A stretch of DNA of 40,053 nt from positions 1-40,053 of the forward strand of contig JASVEC010000153.1 of NCBI GenBank assembly GCA_030770535.1. The letters are read 5' to 3'. This DNA comes from Batkoa obscura (taxonomy: Eukaryota). The stretch's first letter is position 1. Every line of letters starts with the position of its first letter. Position numbers and translations under genes: made by a program. The notes beneath the pieces were generated by a model that was not told the origin of the DNA, did not search any database, and was given only the letters and a program-made list of their open reading frames with translations. Shown here piece by piece: positions 35,344-40,053 of this stretch.

Positions 35344-37850
35344 ATGAGATTGACTAATCTTTTAAATCTCACAACTTTAGCACTATTTTTCAATAGTGTA
35401 ACAAGTCAGGACAACCAAGCCTCTAAAGATTTGACCAACAAAAATGAACAATTGGTTAAACAGGGTTTTTGGTATTAATAATCTATATATTTATAAAAGA
35501 TTATTAGCTTAATTATCTAGGTTTGTTAAATTATATTCACCTACTTGTAAACATTGTAAAAGATTAGGTAATAACGAGTGGCCCAATATATTATAATACT
35601 AATAATAAATAAAATATAGCCCCACATTGGGTAAAATTTACTGAAAGTTTACAAGACTGGGCCAAAGCTCAAAACTTCAATTTCGGGGAAGTAAACTGTC
35701 TCAAAGAAGGAAAACTATGCTCTACTCTAAAAGCAGATGGTTATCCTACGATTAATTTGTAAGCTTGATTTAACTTATAGTTAAACTATTAAAATAAAAA
35801 ATAGGTTCAAAGATGGCGTATATCAAAAAGAGTGCTTAACCTACGAAGGAGTTGATCAATTGCTTATTTGTATTAAAGAGTACGCTAAAAAGTATCATTT
35901 GGAATTACCTAAACAATTGAAGCCTAAACAAGAAAATAAAGTAATGACGCTGATTGTTAAAAAACTATATTACTAATTTATTTAAAGCCGGAGCCAGCTA
36001 AGAATGCTGAACTTGAACATCACCAAGAACCTCCTAAGGTTGAAAACCACCAAGAACCTCCTAAAGTCGAAAATCAACCACAACCAAAAGTACAAGTGCC
36101 TGTCAAACAAAACCTGGTTAATAAAATTATACCTAATCCTAATGGACAGGTTAAAAAATTAACTACTTCAACTTTTAATGAGGTAAGAGATATAAAGTCA
36201 TGATAGTAGTTGCAATAATAAATATTATAGGAATTGAAAAAAGGGGCATGGTTCATAGTAAGGCTTAAATTAAAAATTAAAATAATCAATTTAATCATAA
36301 TTAAAATAGAAATTCTTTGCTCCTTGGTGTGGACATTGTCAAACGGTAAATTAAATATTGTATTTTAATCAACTATTCCTAACCCTTTTTTAGCTTGGTA
36401 CTTTAATTAAAATAAAGTAAAAATATAAAGGTATTAATTTTATAATAGCACCTACCTGGACTAAATTAGCCTCCGATTTACAAAACACTATCAACATTGG
36501 TCAAGTAGACTGTACTGAAGAGAAAAGTAAGTTAGTTATTTTAAGGTAACGATAATAAATTAATTTGGTTTAGGTTTATGTAAAGACTACACTATTCGTG
36601 GATACCCAACTCTTAAGTTGTAAGTTTAATTACACATAGCTTAATACCATAATAATACTGTTATTTAAGTATTCAAAATGATAAACAAAAAGATTATTTT
36701 GGAGAACGTACTTTAGATGCTCTTAAGACTAGTGCTCTAAAATCAATAGGGTAAAAATTTATATTAAATTCATTTAGGTTTCACTTTAAATTATTTTTAG
36801 TCCCAAAAATACCATTGATTATGACGAAATCAAAAAACTAATTAAAGACGAAAGCTATGCCATCATTTACTATAATCCACAAGATAATGACATACCAGTA
36901 ACTACTATTTACTGTTATTATTGTTTTATTTAATTATATATTTATTTAGCCTCATATAAATAATATCCTTTATAACTTAGAAGCACAAACAGAAAGCTAT
37001 CATATTAATAAGAAATTAGACAGCTTGAAAGAATTGAATATTCAGGATCATCCAGCATTAATTATTGTTAAAGATGGAAGTTATAAACTTTACAACGAGG
37101 ACATAAACAACGTTGAGAGTTTCAACAAGTGGTATATAAAAGAAAAAGATGCTATTGTAAGAGAATTAGATTTAACTAACTTTGAGCAATATCTTAAAGT
37201 TAATAACAATAACAATCAAATCGCAATTGTTAAAATTATCCGTGGGGGATCTAATAAGGAAGATAATACTTATTTAGTTAAGGAAAAGAAAAAGTTCCGC
37301 GATATTGCTCATCCTATTTTACGCAGAAGTGATAAGCAAATGTTCTTTGCTATCATTGATGGTAATAAATACGAAAAAGAAGTCAAAAATTACTTAAACC
37401 ATTATGGAGATGAGAGTCATATAGTTATCATTGATTTAAAGGTAAAGTTTTATATAGTCAGTATTTGTTTCTAATTTATTATTAGGAGAAAAAGCTATAT
37501 GATAAATCCAATGAAAGCTCTAAAATTGAGCACAAAACGAAAGATATTGAAAAAGCGATTGATGATTATTATTCTAGCAAATTAGAGGTAATTAAATTTA
37601 TGGAAATAATTTACAATCATAATATTCATACACTTTAATTAGGGTCAAGTAATTAATTTTACTCCTAAATACTTTACTTTGGTAACTAGATTTACTTTTT
37701 AGATTTATTTATTTTATTTATTATCTTGTTTAGTCAACCCTTACTTCCCTTCCATTCCTTACTATTTTAATTCCTGTAATCTTGGTTTGTGCTCTAATCT
37801 ATTTCTTTGTCACTTCTGAAGACAGTGAACAGGATAAGAAAGCAATCTAA
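35344..37850 (+). CDS. Membrane-anchored ER protein disulfide isomerase family protein (Eps1/TMX-like), 16 exons
   Basis: Signal peptide; Trx1 WFVKLYSPTCKHCKRLAPHW; Trx2 WFIKFFAPWCGHCQTLAPTW..IGQVDCTEEKSLCKDYTIRGYPTL; inactive Trx-like region; C-terminal TM helix (FLTILIPVILVCALIYFFV) and KKAI* dilysine ER-retrieval motif. All exons join in frame via GT-AG introns. Confidence 0.9.
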
Positions 37851-38120
37851 AATAACACCTTTTAGTTTTTAATATTAAAATTATATTAAATTTTATTTTG
37901 TTTTTGATTCATTATAATATATAATAATAATCAATATCAATAACATTGAATAATCAATTTAATTTTTAAAATTCTATTTTTTCATAGTTTACTAAGTTTG
38001 CTTAAATTTACAATTTAATCCTAGATTTAATTTTGCCAATAAAATCCAGCTGCATGAATTTTTAGAACTTAACTAAATTTAACTAAAACTACATAAAAAA
38101 GAATTTCCTTTTTTAATAAA

Positions 38121-39617
38121 ATGGGACGCCCAAAAGGATCAAAGAATAAGACGAGTAAAAAAGCAGCTACTGAAGCCAATAAGGCACTTGAAGCACAATC
38201 AAGCGGTTTGACAGATGATCAAGTACAACTTACCCCAAAGCCTAAAACTAAAAAAAGTACACCTCAAAAAGAGAAAGTAAGTAGTGATCTAAACGACAAC
38301 AAATTGGTGGCTGAAAACGAAGTGAATAAAGAAGAGAGCAAAGAAGTTCTAGAAGAAGGCTTAAAACTCATTATTGAAGAAGAAAAAGCAGTAAAAAAAA
38401 CACCAACCAAGAAAACTACAAAAAGTAAAGTAAAAGCGGATAATAAAAAAGAAGCAAGTGACTTGAAAGAAAATGGAAAAGAGGAAAGTAAATTGAAAGA
38501 AGATTGAAAGAAGATGTGAAAGAAGAACAACCTAAGAAAATAGAGGGGAAAAAAGAGAAAGTAAATGAAAAAGAAGAAAAAACTCCAACCTCCCATGGCA
38601 AAAAAAGGGCAGCCAAAAAAGAAGTCAAACCAAGCTCAGGGATATTTGATGATGACCAGATAGAAGACAGTGAAGAGGAAGAAAAAGCTAAGCCTGTAGG
38701 AAATAAAGTTAATGAAAGATTATCAAAACTAGATCAACTACGTAAAAGGATGGTAATAATTAATAAAAATTTAAATTTAGTAAGATTAATTAGTTTAAAT
38801 AGAAAGAGTCATCTGAAGCCAATCGCAAAGAAGTGTTTGCTGAGTTTCAACGCTCAAAAGCAAATCCTAAATTAGATTCTAAGATTGAAAGACAACGTTT
38901 AGAAGCTGAAAGGTTACAAGCAAGGATGGTAAGTTTTTTGAATCATCAAATTAATTAATAGTTAATTCTTTATAATAGGAAGCACAAGATAAAGGGGAAG
39001 ATTATGAAAGATCAAGATATTGGGAGTATTCAGCAGAACAAGTAGAAAAATGGGAACAAAAAGAAAGAGAAAAAGAGGAAAGATCGGAGGTTACATTTAC
39101 AGGTAAACCGGATTTAAATATGATAAAAATGGTTTTTTATTTTTTATTTTTTGTTTATTAGATCATATATGCAGCAGCAGAAAGAAGATATAAAGATTGG
39201 TTAATAAAATTAAGCCTAACATGGCAGCTTATAATCTACAAAAAGATCAAACTTTGCCTATGACCGATATTCAACATCTTGGACAAGTTGCTATCAGCTC
39301 TGCTTTAACTAAAGACAATAAATCCGTTCAATACCTTCCCATTCATCCTAAACCTAGTAGCGATGCGGTTGAACGTTTGGCCACACATGTTAAGGATGAG
39401 TATACTTTTATTTTAAACTTTATATTACTTTATTTAACTAACAATTTTTAGAATTGCTAAACGTGGTAAATTCTCTAAAATCCGTCCTGTTAAAGAAGAT
39501 GAAGATGTCACTTACATCAATGATCGTAATGCTCACTTCAATCGTAAAATTTCGCGTGCATATGATAAATATACCAAGGAAATTAAAGAGAACTTTGAGC
39601 GTGGAACTGCACTTTGA
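38121..39617 (+). CDS. SYF2: Pre-mRNA splicing factor SYF2 (Lys/Glu-rich N-terminal extension), 5 exons, with apparent indels
   Basis: Exons 38121-38752, 38803-38928, 38979-39102, 39162-39399, 39452-39617; motifs ANRKEVFAE, GEDYERSRYWEYS and C-terminal DVTYINDRNAHFNRKISRAYDKYTKEIKENFERGTAL*. Frame breaks near 38505 and 39170-39196. Confidence 0.9.
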
Positions 39618-40053
39618 ATTCTACTGTTTTTATAATATATCCCGTGGAAGTATATAAGCGAATGTAATTTTGCTTTAACCTATTTTTAATTAACTTCTTA
39701 GATCGGAATTGTTTGATGAGCAGTGTACTTACTCTTAAAGTTTAGAATAAATTTACTTTTTTATATTAAATGCTTTAAAGCTTTTTATTATAACTAAATT
39801 TATAAGTAGATTAGTATTATCATCCAACTTTATTGATAGATTAAAATATCTGTTATCGAAAAGCGACACGATTTTATCCGATTTTTATAAAATAACTAAA
39901 GGATCCCTTACAAGTTTGAATTATAAAGTGAATTACAAAAAGGAAAGATTATTAAATTAAATGAGTAAAATGATATTACATGATTTTTTTAATAGTAAAA
40001 TTTAGTTGGATGTTTAATCTTCTAATAAGAACTACTTCTAATTAATTTAAACT

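Noticed and set aside
39191..39193. In-frame TAA in SYF2 as stop-codon reassignment
   Set aside because: TAA terminates many other genes here, and the shifted frame gives the conserved residues.

Overview
Very AT-rich, intron-containing eukaryotic DNA with short (~40-70 nt) GT-AG introns. Gene content (fused bioDA, single-exon rhodopsin-like 7TM gene, SYF2) suggests an early-diverging fungus, possibly Entomophthoromycotina/Conidiobolus-like; this is inference only. Recognisable genes: initiator tRNA-Met, a RhoGAP, a class-A-like GPCR, bifunctional dethiobiotin synthetase/DAPA aminotransferase (bioDA) head-to-head with a peroxisomal acyl-CoA oxidase, a membrane-anchored PDI-family gene (16 exons, including a 4-nt microexon) plus a truncated CxxS duplicate, and SYF2 with apparent indels. 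Orphan-type genes: a secreted Kunitz/BPTI-like protein, a secreted Gly/Tyr repeat protein, a Pro/Tyr-rich protein, a type II membrane ORF and a small spliced Cys-rich gene missed by the ORF track. The dominant non-genic structure is a ~100-bp MITE family (about 17 near-full copies plus fragments) with GGGGATGT..ACATCCCC terminal inverted repeats and clear 4-bp ANNT target-site duplications. All exon structures were deduced by eye.
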